A stretch of DNA of 64,000 nucleotides. It comes from an uncultured bacterium. Lineage in GTDB: Bacteria > Zhuqueibacterota > QNDG01 > DTFT01. The stretch is taken from the NCBI GenBank assembly GCA_963736115.1, contig CAVTNR010000014.1, forward strand, positions 1-64,000. The letters are read 5' to 3'. The notes under the pieces were generated by a model that saw only the letters and a program-made list of their open reading frames with translations, searched no databases and was not told where the DNA came from. The stretch's first letter is position 1. Every line of letters begins with the position of its first letter. A program made the translations under genes and the position numbers. Shown here piece by piece: positions 63,465 through 64,000 of the stretch.

Positions 63465-64000
63465 ATGAGCAAAGGAATGAAAATCGGATGCGGCGTTCTG
63501 GGACTGCTGGGGATCGCGGCTCTGGCAGCCGTGTCCTGGGCCTTCGGCATCCGCAATCAGATGGTCAACTACGACGAGGACGTGAAGCAGAAATGGGCGC
63601 AGGTTCAGAGCCAGTACCAGCGCCGGTTCGACCTGATTCCGAACCTCGTCGAAACGGTGAAGGGCTACGCGAAACACGAACGGGAAACGCTGGAGGCCGT
63701 GATCGAGGCGCGTTCCAAGGTCGGCGGCGTGACCCAGCTCGACGCGAAGGATCTGACGCCTGAAAACCTGGCCAAATTCCAGGCCGCGCAGGCCAGCCTG
63801 TCCGGCGCCCTGCAGCGGCTCATGGTCGTCGTGGAACAGTACCCCAACCTGAAGGCGAATGAAAATTTCAAGCAGCTGCAGGACGAGCTTGCGGGCACGG
63901 AAAACAGGATCGCCACGGAACGCGGCCGGTACACCGAGTCGGTCCAGCAGTACAACCGGTACATCCGCCGGTTCCCACAGTTCTTGCTGGCCGGCATGTT
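63465..64000 (+). CDS. lemA: LemA family protein, 3'-partial
   Basis: RBS AGGAGG; TM helix, QYQRRFDLIPNLVETVKGYAKHE, YPNLKANENF, ENRI. Confidence 0.93.
   Translation, partial: MSKGMKIGCGVLGLLGIAALAAVSWAFGIRNQMVNYDEDVKQKWAQVQSQYQRRFDLIPNLVETVKGYAKHERETLEAVIEARSKVGGVTQLDAKDLTPENLAKFQAAQASLSGALQRLMVVVEQYPNLKANENFKQLQDELAGTENRIATERGRYTESVQQYNRYIRRFPQFLLAGM

Noticed and set aside
6293-63556. Long antisense or overlapping ORFs (e.g. 6293-7204, 12864-14153, 13910-15295, 24938-26476)
   Set aside because: Shadow ORFs of high-GC genes, with no recognisable motifs.

Overview
Two unlike segments join at about 6120. Segment A (1-~6120) is GC-rich and indel-rich. It holds an HD-superfamily phosphohydrolase fragment, an MFS_3 transporter, katG and a spinster-type MFS; the MFS_3+katG block is bracketed by a 30-bp direct repeat. 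Segment B (~6120-64000) is core genome of a diderm bacterium; FCB-superphylum/KSB1-like affiliation is my inference. It starts with a 3'-truncated miaB, followed by mraZ-rsmH-ftsL-ftsI-murE-murF-mraY-murD-ftsW-murG-murC-murB-ftsQ-ftsA-ftsZ, radical SAM-SDR-folB-folK, gatC-kdsB-pyrG-kdsA-tal-kdsD-lptCAB-rpoN-hslVU, phzF-argF and neighbours, hypF/C/D/E, radC-birA-coaX and TPM-nucleotidyltransferase-lemA. The most striking unexplained structure is a family of six AT-rich intergenic elements. Five have a left arm of 4x(A/G)GTTCAT, a variable spacer and a right arm of 3-4x ATGAAC(T/C); one is a solo right arm. They lie between a stop codon and the next start inside co-directional gene runs, and two loci also carry a GTAG-type REP hairpin. 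Other points of interest: a KdsA with both substrate motifs altered, an in-frame palindromic insertion in phzF, a reverse sigma54-like site ahead of the rpoN-containing gene run, and a degenerate GxxExxY nuclease. The many single-base frameshifts look like long-read errors. No rRNA, tRNA, CRISPR or transposase was seen. Family names come from motif recognition, not database searches.
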